Below the pieces are notes generated by a model, which saw nothing but the letters and a program-made list of their open reading frames with translations, searched no databases and was not told the origin of the DNA. A stretch of 64,000 nucleotides of DNA from Eledone cirrhosa (taxonomy: Eukaryota), in contig OZ024741.1 of assembly GCA_964016885.1 (NCBI GenBank), positions 399,714,001 to 399,778,000 on the forward strand, in the 5' to 3' direction. The position numbers and the translations under genes were made by a program. Of the stretch, positions 13,378 through 26,043 are shown one piece after another; the stretch's first letter is position 1; each line of letters opens with the position of its first letter.

Positions 13378-13646
13378 TTTATAAAATTTACTGTTGTAGT
13401 AACAAGGACAATCAGTTGGTTTAATACACTCTCCTTTTTCTTGGACATAGTCATCGGGACACTGACAGCCAGATTCACACTCGCTTTCATCTATAATTGT
13501 AGCATTCTTTTCAGCTAAAGTCTCACAGGTTCGTAGAACAAGACAAGTTGTATATTCCTTTGGTGGATCACATTGCGGTCTTGGTGTTGTAGTTGTCATT
13601 GTAAATGTTGGAGTAAAAGATGTGCTAGTCATTTCTAAAGATGTCA
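13378..13646 (-). CDS. Mucin-like gene exon: Thr-rich linker plus TIL domain
   Basis: tttacag acceptor, gtaagt donor, phase 1->0. ...TTTTPRPQCDPPKEYTTCLVLRTCETLAEKNATIIDESECESGCQCPDDYVQEKGECIKPTDCPCYYNSKFYK, with the GCxCP...ECIxxxDCPCxYN pattern of mucin TIL-E modules. Confidence 0.92.
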
Positions 13647-13669
13647 CTGTAAAATAAAAATCCTGGTAT

Positions 13670-14090
13670 AAATCTTGTGTAATGACCGAAAGAATATGAT
13701 CGCGAATACAAGTGGCTGAAATGGGGTACCTTTGAAAAGGTCTTTTGAGTAATGTTACCCGATAGAGTGTGTAGCTCGGAGATCAGAGAGTCACCCCAGG
13801 TAGAGCTGCTACTTTTCCAAATTGAGAGACCACAGCTCTGATACTATGGACATGTGGTTAGAATGTCTCAGGAAAGAATTGCTGGACAGATTTTACAGGT
13901 AAAACCAACTGTAGATCCCGAGTAGATCCTGGGCATTATGGTTGGATAACATCATGAGCTTGCTTTCCCAGCTGGATGAGTTGGAGATGATTTCTTCTGA
14001 TAGGACCTGCTGGAGGGAGTGTTTCAGGACTCTGCCCCTACGACCGCCCCCCCCCCCCCCCCTCTCAAGAAGAAGAAGAAGCAGAAGAAG
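13670..14090 (+). mobile_element. RTE-like LINE 3' fragment with (GAA)n tail
   Basis: Degenerate ...AEMGYL...DRVCSSEIRESPQVELLLFQIERPQL*YYGHVVRM. Related copies at ~7340-7600 and ~37360-37745. Confidence 0.7.
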
Positions 14091-14659
14091 ATTTTTCAAT
14101 CTGTTCAACAGAATTATAACTAAAGCAGTATAGTTTAAATGAAACATTGATATATATATAATTATAAGAAAGGGAATGAAATATTTTAATACACACATAA
14201 GCGTGTATTAAGATATATCAGAACTTAAAACTAGAGACAATCTGCACTGAATGTAAGATTACATAATTTGTTGAGTATCTTATTAAATTTAATAAAAAAT
14301 TAAAACAAAATACCTGATAACAATCAAATATATTTCCCTCATATGTATTCTCCACAAAATCAGAATACATTTCACCAAATAACGGTGAAATTAGATATTT
14401 TGAAACTCTGTATTTACTATTATATTTTCACTGTAAGTGTTTTATCCCACATAATTATCTCACATAATATCAAATCTATGAGATTTGGATGTTATTTACT
14501 TTGAGGGCACTACCTTAACATCAGTATGAGTGGCCAGTTACAGCCGGTTTGAACAGAAAGAGGTGAGAGGATTCTGGCCGGATATGGCCGGTTTAAATGC
14601 TAAACTGTTAATCAACAGTAAAATAATATAAATATAAACATAATTTCTCAAAAATATCA

Positions 14660-15255
14660 TGGAGCAGACATGAAATTAAACTGACCACCAAAATTCTGAT
14701 CTACCAAGCCCTTGTCCGAACGCTCCTGCTATATGGCTGTGAACCATGGCCACTGAGAGCAGAGGACATGCACAAACTCGAAGTGTTCGACCATCATCAT
14801 TTACGCTGCATCCTTCATGTTCGCTGGCAACAATTCATCTCAAATTCTGCCATCTGTGCATGCTGCAAAATCTCCTCCCTCCAGCAGGCCCTTCTCATGA
14901 GGCATCTTCGCTGGCTTGGTCATGATCTCCGTCGACAACCAGGTGACTTCATCCGCGAAGCCATTGATCCATCTCCTCCGTTGGGATGGAGGAAACGTCG
15001 TGGAGGCCAACTGAAAACGTGGCTTAGGACAGTGAGGCAAGACACTGAGTTGATCTTAGGCCCACGCCTGTGTGGGGTTCGGCGATGGAACCGCGAATGG
15101 CTGACACTCATATCTTCGATAGCGTCAGACCGTCGTGATTGGTCGGTCTTCGTTCGGGATACGGTAAATTCATTGGAAGGAGCCGGCTCAACAGACCCAG
15201 GGTGAATGCCTCCACACACACACTCACACACACTCACACACACACACACTCACAT
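14660..15255 (+). mobile_element. RTE-type LINE 3' fragment with (CA)n tail
   Basis: TKILIYQALVRTLLLYGCEPW...LEVFDHHHLRCILHVRW...LRWLGH...RRGGQLKTW, a typical RTE C-terminus. Confidence 0.85.
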
Positions 15256-15296
15256 ACCTCAAATTAGGAAATTCCAGAAATAATATTATTAACTAC

Positions 15297-15569
15297 CTGG
15301 AGAAATTGAAGATGTCAGTGAAACAATATTTGTTGTGAAAGGGGTTGTTGGTGTTGCAAGACCAGATGTACCAAATGATGTAGTGAAAGAAGCAGTGGTA
15401 GATTTTGACCATTGGGTTGTTACAGTTGATTGACAATAACTGGGTGTATGGACACAAAGTGACCCATCCTTCTCAAAACCTGGCATACATATACAGTCCT
15501 CCTCACACATTGTACGGACACAAATCTCATCACAGGAAGTTTTATTGCAATGGCACTGTAATGAGCAGA
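15297..15569 (-). CDS. Mucin-like gene exon: 10-Cys TIL-like module plus S/T linker
   Basis: ttacag acceptor, gtagtt donor, 273 nt, phase 1->1. (I)CSLQCHCNKTSCDEICVRTMCEEDCICMPGFEKDGSLCVHTPSYCQSTVTTQW...ISP. Confidence 0.88.
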
Positions 15570-15742
15570 CTGTAATATAAAAAACAGAAACAGAGAAACA
15601 TTAATGTACAGAAAACAGAAACATATGCAGAAAAACAGACACACACAAACATATACATGTGTGTGTATACATATATTTATATATATATAATATATATATA
15701 TGAGGATTTCTCCCGAATGAAAAAGTTCTAGTCCTGTAGAAG

Positions 15743-15830
<88 letters not shown>

Positions 15831-15885
15831 GTGAGGTTTTTTTTACAAAATGAAAAATAACCGAGGTGTCCTACACGAGTGAAAG

Positions 15886-16154
15886 TATAAAGAAAAAGAG
15901 ATGAAATCGAAAATGCAACTGAAGTCTTATTTTTTTTAAAAATATATATATTTATTTGGTTCCTTTACCGGTTTCGCAGTTCTTCTGGAGGGTCTGTGGT
16001 TTTTCTCACATCTGTGAGAAAAACCACAGACCCTCCATCACAACTCACCTTTTGAAAAGCAGAAGAACTGCGAAACCGGTAAAGGAACCAAATAAATATA
16101 TATATTTTTTAAAAAAATAAGACTTCAGTTGCATTTTCGATTTCATCTCTTTTT

Positions 16155-16160
<6 letters not shown>
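15886..16160. mobile_element. Fold-back PLE pLTR remnant containing a minimal hammerhead motif (16048-16085, +)
   Basis: Outer arms ~15886-15986 and ~16060-16160 are reverse complements, with an inner hairpin ggagggtctgtggtttttctcaca/tgtgagaaaaaccacagaccctcc. Motif: cctt-TTGAAAA-gcag/ctgc-GAAA-ccgg-TA-aagg. Confidence 0.75.
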
Positions 16161-16223
<63 letters not shown>

Positions 16224-16230
16224 TATATAT

Positions 16231-16688
16231 TGTTATACTTTGGGAGGGTCATGTTGCCAATAAGAAACACACGCACCAGTTGCTTTCATTCCAATTTATT
16301 ATAAATTAAATTTATAAATTTAAAAATTTATAAATTTCCGGTTGGTTGGTTGGTTCCACAACCGGACAGTTGTTCATATATTGTCAAAGTTCTTTCGTCA
16401 CACATTCTGTGACCTCTTCAGTAACTGGGGATTCTTTTCTTTGTTTTGTGCCTCTCCTTTGTTCTGTCCTATGCCATCTTGTTTTTGTGTGTGTCCGGTT
16501 GTGGAACCAACCAACCAACCGGAAATTTATAAATTTTTTTAATTTATAATTTAATTTATAATAAATTGGAGTGAAAGCAACTGGTGCATGTGTTTCTTAT
16601 TGGCAACATGACCCTCCCAAAGTATAACGATATCGGTTTCAACACACGTTTTCAGATAAAGAATCTTGCTAAACAAATTCAGAAAAAT
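16231..16688. mobile_element. Fold-back PLE pLTR remnant with hammerhead motif (16383-16425, -) and ORF start
   Basis: 16232-16368 is the reverse complement of 16492-16628. The loop carries gtta-CTGAAGA-g-gtcaca/tgtgac-GAAA-gaac-TT-tgac on the minus strand. 16608 starts MTLPKYNDIGFNTRFQIKNLAK, homologous to 11498. Confidence 0.8.
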
Positions 16689-17234
16689 ATATATATTTAT
16701 TTATATTATAATTGTCTTATGTTGTTTATTACATAAAATCTGGGATACACACACAAATACACACATATATATATATATGTATTTGTGTACAGTGACATAG
16801 AAATACTTGGTTTGGTACCCAAGCACAAGGTCAATCCACGACTGACAGACCCCTAAATTTTGTTAGGACATCATTCTGGGAGAAGGAAAACTGATGTAAA
16901 ACCTGTGACTCGATGGTAACCAATGATGTTGACCTATTCTTCTTTTTGTATACCTGTCAACATTGTTCAGAGAGTAGGATTGTTCCAGTGTAAGGCCTTT
17001 CTTCATTTAAAAGAGCTCCAACCACAGGCATTACTTTATCTAATCAACTTTCATATGTTTGGCAGTTTGAGAAAAGGTTATTCATGAAAATTAGATCCAT
17101 TCTAGTTGACTGATGTCATCCTTTTGGTCCAGTCGTAGAAGAGGGAAATCAAAAATTGAATGCATTTAACACCGAAGACAGAAAGGATTTATTGAATGAA
17201 AAATGTATAATATTGTCAAAAAAAACATACTTAC

Positions 17235-20200
17235 TAGTGATAGATGTAGTTGTCAGATAGGGGGAGCTTGTGATTGAAACTGTCCCAGGGGTAACAGTTG
17301 AGGTTGTTGTTGTAAGTGGTGTTATTGTTGATGTTGCTGGTTGAGCAGTTGTTGGCGTTGGACTTTTGGTTGATTCAATACTGGCTACAGAATACATTGG
17401 TGTAGTTGTTGGGGACATAGATGTTGGTAGCGTTGTCACTGTTGTTACTGCTGTTGTTACTACTGTTGGTGCAGCTGTTGTTGTTGTTACTGGTGCAGCT
17501 GTTGTTTCTGCAGGTGTTGCAGCTGTTGTTTGAGCTGACAGCACAGTTGTTGTTGATGGTGCAACTGTTGTTGTTATTTTTGTTGTTGTTACTGGTGGTA
17601 CTGCTGATGTTACTACTGATGGTGCAGCTGTTGTTACAGCAGTTGTGGCTGATGTTTTAGGGGTACTTTCTACAGTTGGTTGACTAGTTGTTGGTACAGC
17701 TGTTGCTGTTGTTTTAGGGGTACTTTCTACAGTTGGTTGACTAGTTGTTGGTACAGCTGTGGCTGTTGGTTTAGGGGTACTTTCTACAGTTGGTTGACCA
17801 GTTGTTGGTACAGCTGTGGCTGATGTTTTAGGGGTACTTTCTACAGTTGGTTGACCAGTTGTTGGTACAGCTGTTGCTGTTGTTTTAGGGGTACTTTCTA
17901 CAGTTGGTTGACTAGTTGTTGGTACAGCTGTGGCTGTTGGTTTAGGGGTACTTTCTACAGTTGGTTGACTAGTTGTTGGTACAGCTGTGGCTGTTGGTTT
18001 AGGGGTACTTTCTACAGTTGGTTGACTAGTTGTTGGTACAGCTGTGGCTGTTGGTTTAGGGGTACTTTCTACAGTTGGTTGACCAGTTGTTGGTACAGCT
18101 GTGGCTGTTGGTTTAGGGGTACTTTCTACAGTTGGTTGACCAGTTGTTGGTACAGCTGTGGCTGTTGGTTTAGGGGTACTTTCTACAGTTGGTTGACTAG
18201 TTGTTGGTACAGCTGCGACTGTTGTTTTAGGGGTACTTTCTACAGTTGGCTTAACAGTTGTTGGTACAGCTGTGGCTGTTGTTTTAGGGGTACTTTCTAC
18301 AGTTGGTTTAACAGTTGTTGGTACAGCTGTGGCTGTTGTTTTAGGGGTACTTTCTACAGTTGGTTTAACAGTTGTTGGTACAGCTGTGGCTGTTGTTTTA
18401 GGGGTACTTTCTACAGTTGGGTGACCAGTTGTTGGTACAGCTGTGGCTGTTGGTTTAGGTGTACTTTCTACAGTTGGTTGACCAGTTGTTGGTACAGCTG
18501 TGGCTGTTGGTTTAGGTGTACTTTCTACAGTTGGTTGACCAGTTGTTGGTACAGCTGTGGCTGTTGGTTTAGGGGTACTTTCTACAGTTGGTTGACCAGT
18601 TGTTGGTACAGCTGTGGCTGTTGGTTTAGGGGTACTTTCTACAGTTGGTTGACCAGTTGTTGGTACAGCTGTGGCTGTTGGTTTAGGTGTACTTTCTACA
18701 GTTGGTTGACCAGTTGTTGGTACAGCTGTGGCTGTTGGTTTAGGGGTACTTTCTACAGTTGGTTGACCAGTTGTTGGTACAGCTGTGGCTGTTGGTTTAG
18801 GGGTACTTTCTACAGTTGGTTGACCAGTTGTTGGTACAGCTGTGGCTGTTGGTTTAGGGGTACTTTCTACAGTTGGTTGACCAGTTGTTGGTACAGCTGT
18901 GGCTGTTGGTTTAGGGGTACTTTCTACAGTTGGTTGACCAGTTGTTGGTACAGCTGTGGCTGTTGGTTTAGGGGTACTTTCTACAGTTGGTTGACCAGTT
19001 GTTGGTACAGCTGTTGCTGTTGTTTTAGGGGTACTTTCTACAGTTGGTTGACCAGTTGTTGGTACAGCTGTGGCTGTTGGTTTAGGGGTACTTTCTACAG
19101 TTGGTTGACCAGTTGTTGGTACAGCTGTGGCTGTTGGTTTAGGGGTACTTTCTACAGTTGGTTGACCAGTTGTTGGTACAGCTGTGGCTGTTGGTTTAGG
19201 GGTACTTTCTACAGTTGGTTGACCAGTTGTTGGTACAGCTGTGGCTGTTGGTTTAGGGGTACTTTCTACAGTTGGTTGACCAGTTGTTGGTACAGCTGTG
19301 GCTGTTGGTTTAGGTGTACTTTCTACAGTTGGTTGACCAGTTGTTGGTACAGCTGTGGCTGTTGGTTTAGGGGTACTTTCTACAGTTGGTTGACCAGTTG
19401 TTGGTACAGCTGTGGCTGTTGGTTTAGGTGTACTTTCTACAGTTGGTTGACCAGTTGTTGGTACAGCTGTGGCTGTTGGTTTAGGGGTACTTTCTACAGT
19501 TGGTTGACCAGTTGTTGGTACAGCTGTGGCTGTTGGTTTAGGGGTACTTTCTACTGTTGGTTGACCAGTTGTTGGTACAGCTGTGGCTGTTGGTTTAGGG
19601 GTACTTTCTACAGTTGGTTGACCAGTTGTTGGTACAGCTGTGGCTGTTGGTTTAGGGGTACTTTCTACAGTTGGTTGACCAGTTGTTGGTACAGCTGTGG
19701 CTGTTGGTTTAGGGGTACTTTCTACAGTTGGTTGACCAGTTGTTGGTACAGCTGTGGCTGTTGTTTTAGGGGTACTTTCTACTGTTGGTTGAACAGTTGT
19801 TGGTACAGCTGTGGCTGTTGGTTTAGGGGTACTTTCTACAGTTGGTTGACCAGTTGTTGGTACAGCTGTGGCTGTTGTTTTAGGGGTACTTTCTACTGTT
19901 GGTTGAACAGTTGTTGGTACAGCTGTGGCTGTTGGTTTAGGGGTACTTTCTACAGTTGGTTGACCAGTTGTTGGTAAAGCTGTTGCTGTTGTTTTAGGGG
20001 TACTTTCTACTGTTGGTTGACCAGTTGTTGGTACAGCTGTGGCTGTTGGTTTAGGGGTACTTTCTACAGTTGGTTGACCAGTTGTTGGTACAGCTGTGGC
20101 TGTTGTTTTAGGGGTACTTTCTACAGTTGGTTGACCAGTTGTTGGTACAGCTGTTGCTGTTGTTTTAGGGGTACTTTCTACTGTTGGTTGACCAGTTGTT

Positions 20201-23200
20201 GGTACAGCTGTGGCTGTTGTTTTAGGGGTACTTTCTACTGTTGGTTGAACAGTTGTTGGTACAGCTGTGGTTGTTGGTTTAGGGGTACTTTCTACGGTTG
20301 GTTGACCAGTTGTTGGTACAGCTGTGGCTGTTGTTTTAGGTGTACTTTCTACAGTTGGTTGACCAGTTGTTGGTACAGCTGTGGCTGTTGTTTTAGGGGT
20401 ACTTGCTACTGTTGGTTGGACAGTTGTTGGTACAGCTGTGGCTGTTGTTTTAGGGGTACTTTCTACAGTTGGTTGACCAGTTGTTGGTACAGCTGTGGCT
20501 GTTGATTTAGGGGTACTTTCTACAGTTGGTTGACCAGTTGTTGGTACAGCTGTGGCTGTTGGTTTAGGTGTACTTTCTACAGTTGGTTGACCAGTTGTTG
20601 GTACAGCTGTGGCTGTTGTTTTAGGGGTACTTTCTACAGTTGGTTGACCAGTTGTTGGTACAGCTGTGGCTGTTGTTTTAGGGGTTCTTTCTACAGTTGG
20701 TTGACCAGTTGTTGGTACAGCTGTGGCTGTTGGTTTAGGGGTACTTTCTACTGTTGGTTGAACAGTTGTTGGTACAGCTGTGACTGTTGGTTTAGGGGTA
20801 CTTTCTACAGTTGGTTGACCAGTTGTTGGTACAGATGTGGCTGTTGGTTTTGGGGTACTTTTAACTGTAGAAGTTGTTGTTGCTGGTGGTACTGCTGATG
20901 TTGTTACTACTGATGGTGCAGCTGTTGTTGGTGTTATTGGTGCAGCTGTTGTTTCTGCAGGTGTTTCAGCTGTTGTTTGTGCTGACAGTGCAGTTGTTGT
21001 TGATGGTGCAGGTGTTGTTACAGCAGCTGTGGCCGTTGTTTTAAGGGTACTTTCTACATTTGGTTGACTAGTTGTTGATACAGCTGTGGCTGTTTGTTTT
21101 GGGGTACTTTCTACAGTTGTTGGTACAGCTGTGACTGTTGCTTTAGGGGTACTTTCTACAGTTGGTTGACCAGTTGTTGGTACAGCTGTGGCTGTTGGTT
21201 TTGGGGTACTTTCTACAGTTGGTTGACCAGTTGTTGGTACAGCTGTGACTGTTGTTTTAGGGGTACTTTCTACAGTTGGTTGACCAGTTGTTGGTACAGC
21301 TGTGGCTGTTGTTTTAGGGGTACTTTCTACAGTTGGTTGACCAGTTGTTGGTACAGCTGTGGCTGTTGTTTTAGGGGTACTTTCTACAGTTGGTGGACCA
21401 GTTGTTGGTACAGCTGTCACTGTTGTTTTAGGGGTACTTTCTACAGTTGGTTGACCAGTTGTTGGTACAGCTGTGACTGTTGTTTTAGGGGTGCTTTCTA
21501 CAGTTGGTTGACCAGTTGTTGGTACAGCTGTGGCTGTTTGTTTAGGGGTACTTTCTACAGTTGGTGGACCAGTTGTTGGTACAGCTGTCACTGTTGTTTT
21601 AGGGGTACTTTCTACAGTTGGTTGACCAGTTGTTGGTACAGCTGTCGCTGTTGTTTTAGGGGTACTTTCTACAGTTGTTTGACCAGTTGTTGGTACAACT
21701 GTGGCTGTTGTTTTAGGGGTACTTTCTACAGTTGGTTGACCAGTTGTTGGTACAGCTGTGGCTATTGGTTTTGGGGTACTTTTAACTGTAGAAGTTGTTG
21801 TTACTGGTGGTACTGCTGATGTTGTTACTACTGATGGTGCAGCTGTTGTTGTTGTTATTGGTGCAGCTGTTGTTTCTGCAGGTGTTTCAGCTGTTGTTTG
21901 TGCTGACAGTGCAGTTGTTGTTGATGGTGCAGGTGTTGTTACAGCAGCTGTGGCCGTTGTTTTAAGGGTACTTTCTACAGTTGGTTGACCAGTTGTTGGT
22001 ACAGCTGTGGCTGTTAGTTTTGGGGTACTTTCTACAGTTGGTTGACCAGTTGTTGGTACAGCCGTGGCTGTTGGTTTAGGGGTACTTTCTACAGTTGGTT
22101 GACCAGTTGTTGGTACAGCTGTTGCTGTTGTTTTAGGGGTACTTTCTACAGTTGGTTGACCAGTTGTTGGTACAGCTGTGGCTGTTGTTTTAGGGGTACT
22201 TTCTACAGTTGGTTGACCAGTTGTTGGTACAGCTGTGGCTGTTGGTTTTGGGGTACTTTCTACAGTTGGTTGACCAGTTGTTGGTACAGCTGTGGCTGTT
22301 GTTTTAGGGGTACTTTCTACAATTGGTTGACCAGTTGTTGGTACAGCTGTGGCTGTTGTTTTAGGGGTACTTTCTACAGTTGTTTGACCAGTTGTTGGTA
22401 CAGCTGTGACTGTTGTTTTAGGGGTACTTTCTACAGTTGGTTGACCAGTTGTTGGTACAGCTGTGGCTGTTGTCTTAGGGGTACTTTCTACAGTTGGTTG
22501 ACCAGTTGTTGGTACAGCTGTGGCTATTGGTTTTGTGGTACTTTTAACTGTAGAAGTTGTTGTTACTGGTGGTACTGCTGATGTTGTTTCTACTGATGGT
22601 GCAGCTGTTGTTGTTGTTATTGGTGCAGCTGTTGTTTCTGCAGGTGTTTCAGCTGTTGTTTGTGCTGACAGTGCAGTTGTTGTTGATGGTGCAGGTGTTG
22701 TTACAGCAGCTGTGGCCGTTGTTTTAAGGGTACTTTCTACAGTTGGTTGACCAGTTGTTGGTACAGCTGTGGCTGTTGGTTTTGGGGTACTTTCTACAGT
22801 TGGTTGACCAGTTGTTGGTACAGCTGTGGCTGTTGGTTTAGGGGTACTTTCTACAGTTGGTTGACCAGTTGTTGGTACAGCTGTGGCTGTTGTTTTAGGG
22901 GTACTTTCTACAGTTGGTTGACCAGTTGTTGGTACAGCTGTGGCTGTTGTTTTAGGGGTACTTTCTACAGTTGGTTGACCAGTTGTTGGTACAGCTGTGG
23001 CTGTTGGTTTTGGGGTACTTTCTACAGTTGGTTGACCAGTTGTTGGTACAGCTGTGGCTGTTGTTTTAGGGGTACTTTCTACAATTGGTTGACCAGTTGT
23101 TGGTACAGCTGTGGCTGTTGTTTTAGGGGTACTTTCTCCAGTTGGTTGACCAGTTGTTGGTACAGCTGTGGCTGTTGTTTTAGGGGTACTTTCTACAGTT

Positions 23201-23885
23201 GTTTGACCAGTTGTTGGTACAGCTGTGACTGTTGTTTTAGGGGTACTTTCTACAGTTGGTTGACCAGTTGTTGGTACAGCTGTGGCTGTTGTTTTAGGGG
23301 TACTTTCTACAGTTGTTTGACCATTTGTTGGTACAGCTGTGACTGTTGTTTTAGGGGTACTTTCTACAGTTATTTGACCAGTTGTTGGTACAGCTGTGAC
23401 TGTTGTTTTAGGGGTACTTTCTACAGTTGTTTGACCAGTTGTTGGTACAGCTGTGACTGTTGTTTTAGGGGTACTTTCTACAGTTGGTTGACCAGTTGTT
23501 GGTACAGCTGTGGCTGTTGGTTTTGGGGTACTTTTAACTGTAGAAGTTGTTGTTACTGGTGGTACTGCTGATGTTGTTACTACTGATGCTGCAGCTGTTG
23601 TTGTTGTTATTGGTGCAGCTGTTGTTTCTGCAGGTGTTGCAGCTGTTGTTTGTGCTGACAGTGCAGTTGTTGTTAATGGTGCAGCTGTTGTTGATGGTGC
23701 AGCTGCTGTTGTTGTTGTTACTGGTGGTACTGCTGATGTTGTTACTACTGATGGTGCAGCTGTTGTTTCTGCAGGTGTTGTACTTGTTGTTGTTACTGGT
23801 GTTGCAGCTGTTGTTGTTATTGCTGCTGTTGTACTCCTGTTAGGTGTTGCTGTGAATGGTGTCATTGAACTCAACTTTGTTGAAC
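17235..23885 (-). CDS. Mucin-like gene giant PTS exon 2 (6,651 nt, about 2,217 aa; 19-aa repeat TTGQPTVESTPKPTATAVP)
   Basis: Uninterrupted Thr/Pro/Ala-rich ORF; ctgtag acceptor at 23886, gtaagt donor at 17234; length divisible by 3, phase 1->1. Confidence 0.95.
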
Positions 23886-23919
23886 CTACAGTAAATAATT
23901 GTAAAAATAATACATTATT

Positions 23920-24470
23920 GTATATATAATATCACCATTGTATATATAATATCACCAGTGTATATATAATATCCCAGTGTATATATAATATCACCAGAGT
24001 ATATATAATATCCCCAGTGTATATATAATATCACCAGTGTATATATAATATCACCATTGTATATATAATATCACCAGTGTATATATAATATCACCATTGT
24101 ATATATAATATCACCATTGTATATATATCACCAGTGTATATATAAAATATCACCAGTGTATATATAATATCACCATTGTATATATAATATCACCATTGTA
24201 TATATAATATCACCATTGTATATATAATATCACCAGTGTATATATAATATCACCATTGTATATATAATATCACCAGTGTATATATAATATCCCCAGTGTA
24301 TATATAATATCACCAGTGTATATATAATATCCCCAGTGTATATATAATATCCCCAGTCTATATATAATATCACCATTGTATATATAACATCACCATTGTA
24401 TATATATCACCAGTGTATATATAATATCACCATTGTATATTTATCAACAGTGTATATATAATATCACCAT
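23920..24470. repeat. 20-bp minisatellite (TATATAATATCACCA[G/T]TGTA) next to the exon acceptor
   Basis: Directly visible tandem units. Confidence 0.95.
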
Positions 24471-24819
24471 TTTCATTTTATCTTTATAGAGTTGATAAAA
24501 TAACGTACCAGTAATGTACTGTGTCAATTTAATCAACTCTTTCCTCCTTCAAAACTGTTGGCCTTGTGCCTAAATCAGAAAGCAGTATGTTACTGGTATT
24601 TTATAATAATAATAATACTAATAATTACTGATTTAGGCACAAGACCATGAAATAATTGTTTCTACTTTTATCACAAGGCCAGCAACTATACCAGTGTATT
24701 ACGGGTACGTTATTTTACCGACCCTGTAAGGATGAAAGGCAAAGTTAACCTCGGCGGGATTTGAACTCAGACCATAAAGGGCCGTAACTCTTTGCTGCAA
24801 AGCATAGCATCCAACCCTC

Positions 24820-25150
24820 TCTCTCCTATCTCTCTCTTTCACTCACTACCTCCGTCTCTCTCACTCTCCCATTTCTCTCTTTCACTCACTACCCCGTCTC
24901 TCTCACTCTCCCATCTCTCTCTTTCACTCACTACCTCCGTCGCTCTCACTCTCCCATCTCTCTCTTTCACTCACTACCTCCATCTCTCTCACTCTCCCAT
25001 TTCTCTCTTTCACTCACTACCTCCATCTCTCTCACTCTCCTCATCTCTCGCTTTCATTCCCTGCCTCCATCTCTCTCGCTCTCTCCATCTGTCTCACTCT
25101 CCTCATCTCTCTCACTCTCCTCATTTCTCACTTTCACTCCCTGCCTCACT
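24820..25150. repeat. CT-rich ~39-bp degenerate minisatellite
   Basis: Repeated ctctctttcactcactacctccgtctctctcactctccc units. Confidence 0.85.
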
Positions 25151-25304
25151 ATCATATACAAATGGAACCCCATTCACTGGCTGCCCTGTGGTCCCAGCAG
25201 ACAGAATAGAGAAGCCGTTTCCCCAGAGGATGGTGACGGAGATGCGTTGAAAGATCTTTAAACCAATTTTTTGGGCAGTGAGGGACATATTACTGGATAC
25301 CTAC

Positions 25305-25355
25305 CTTTTGTAGAAATAGTTGTTGTTCCAGCACTTATTGGCATTATTGTAGTTT
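25305..25355 (-). CDS. Mucin-like gene micro-exon (51 nt)
   Basis: ttatttcatatctag acceptor, gtaggt donor, phase 1->1. (E)TTIMPISAGTTTISTK. Confidence 0.72.
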
Positions 25356-25471
25356 CTAGATATGAAATAAAAAATACATTTTTTTTTAAATAAAGGAACG
25401 ATGTTTGGAACTTGGTGAGCAAAGTTCAGAACTGACACCAAAGCAGAAGCCTCACAGCAATATTTTTTTAT

Positions 25472-26043
25472 TCTGAGCATAAAAGGAATCAAATGCTGTG
25501 TGCAGGAGAGGTGGTTGCGTTGGTATGGACATGTGATGCGTATGAAGGATGACAGCTGCATAAAAAGGTGCAGAGCACTAGAAGACAATGGAAACCGCGG
25601 AGTGGGGAGACCCAAGAAGACCTGGGATGAGGTGATAAAAGCCGACCTTACCCAATTACACCTCTCAAAGGCGATGACACACGACCGTGACCTCTGGCGT
25701 CATGCAGTAATACAGAGTACCCGACCTCCCATGGGTACAAACTGAAGCATATAGACAATATGCCCCCACACCCTCCCACTGCAAAGTGGTTGTGGAGGTG
25801 CCACGACAAAAAGCACCTAGCCCATACTGTAAAGTGGACGTGGAAGTGCCACAGAAAAAAGCACCCAGCACTCACTGTAAATGAGGTTGGTGTTAGGAAG
25901 GGCATCCAGCTGTAGAAATCAAGCCAACTCAGTTCCAGTATGAGCAAGGCATGGTCAGCTGACCAGACACTGCCCACAACAGGTCAACCTGTCTAACCCA
26001 TGCTAGCATGGAAGAACGGACGTAAAACGGTGATGATGATGAA
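25472..26043 (+). mobile_element. RTE LINE 3' fragment with (GAT)n tail (family of 52057-53942)
   Basis: RWYGHVMRMKDDSCIKRCRALE..GRPKKTWDEVIK plus the shared 3'UTR. Further fragments near 28400-28712, 49405-49615(-), 54048-54310(-), 54490-54900(-), 58450-58622 and 62340-62680(-). Confidence 0.88.

Noticed and set aside
12982-13424. Poly-His/Ser and poly-Met ORFs
   Set aside because: Translations of a (GAT)/(GGT) microsatellite.
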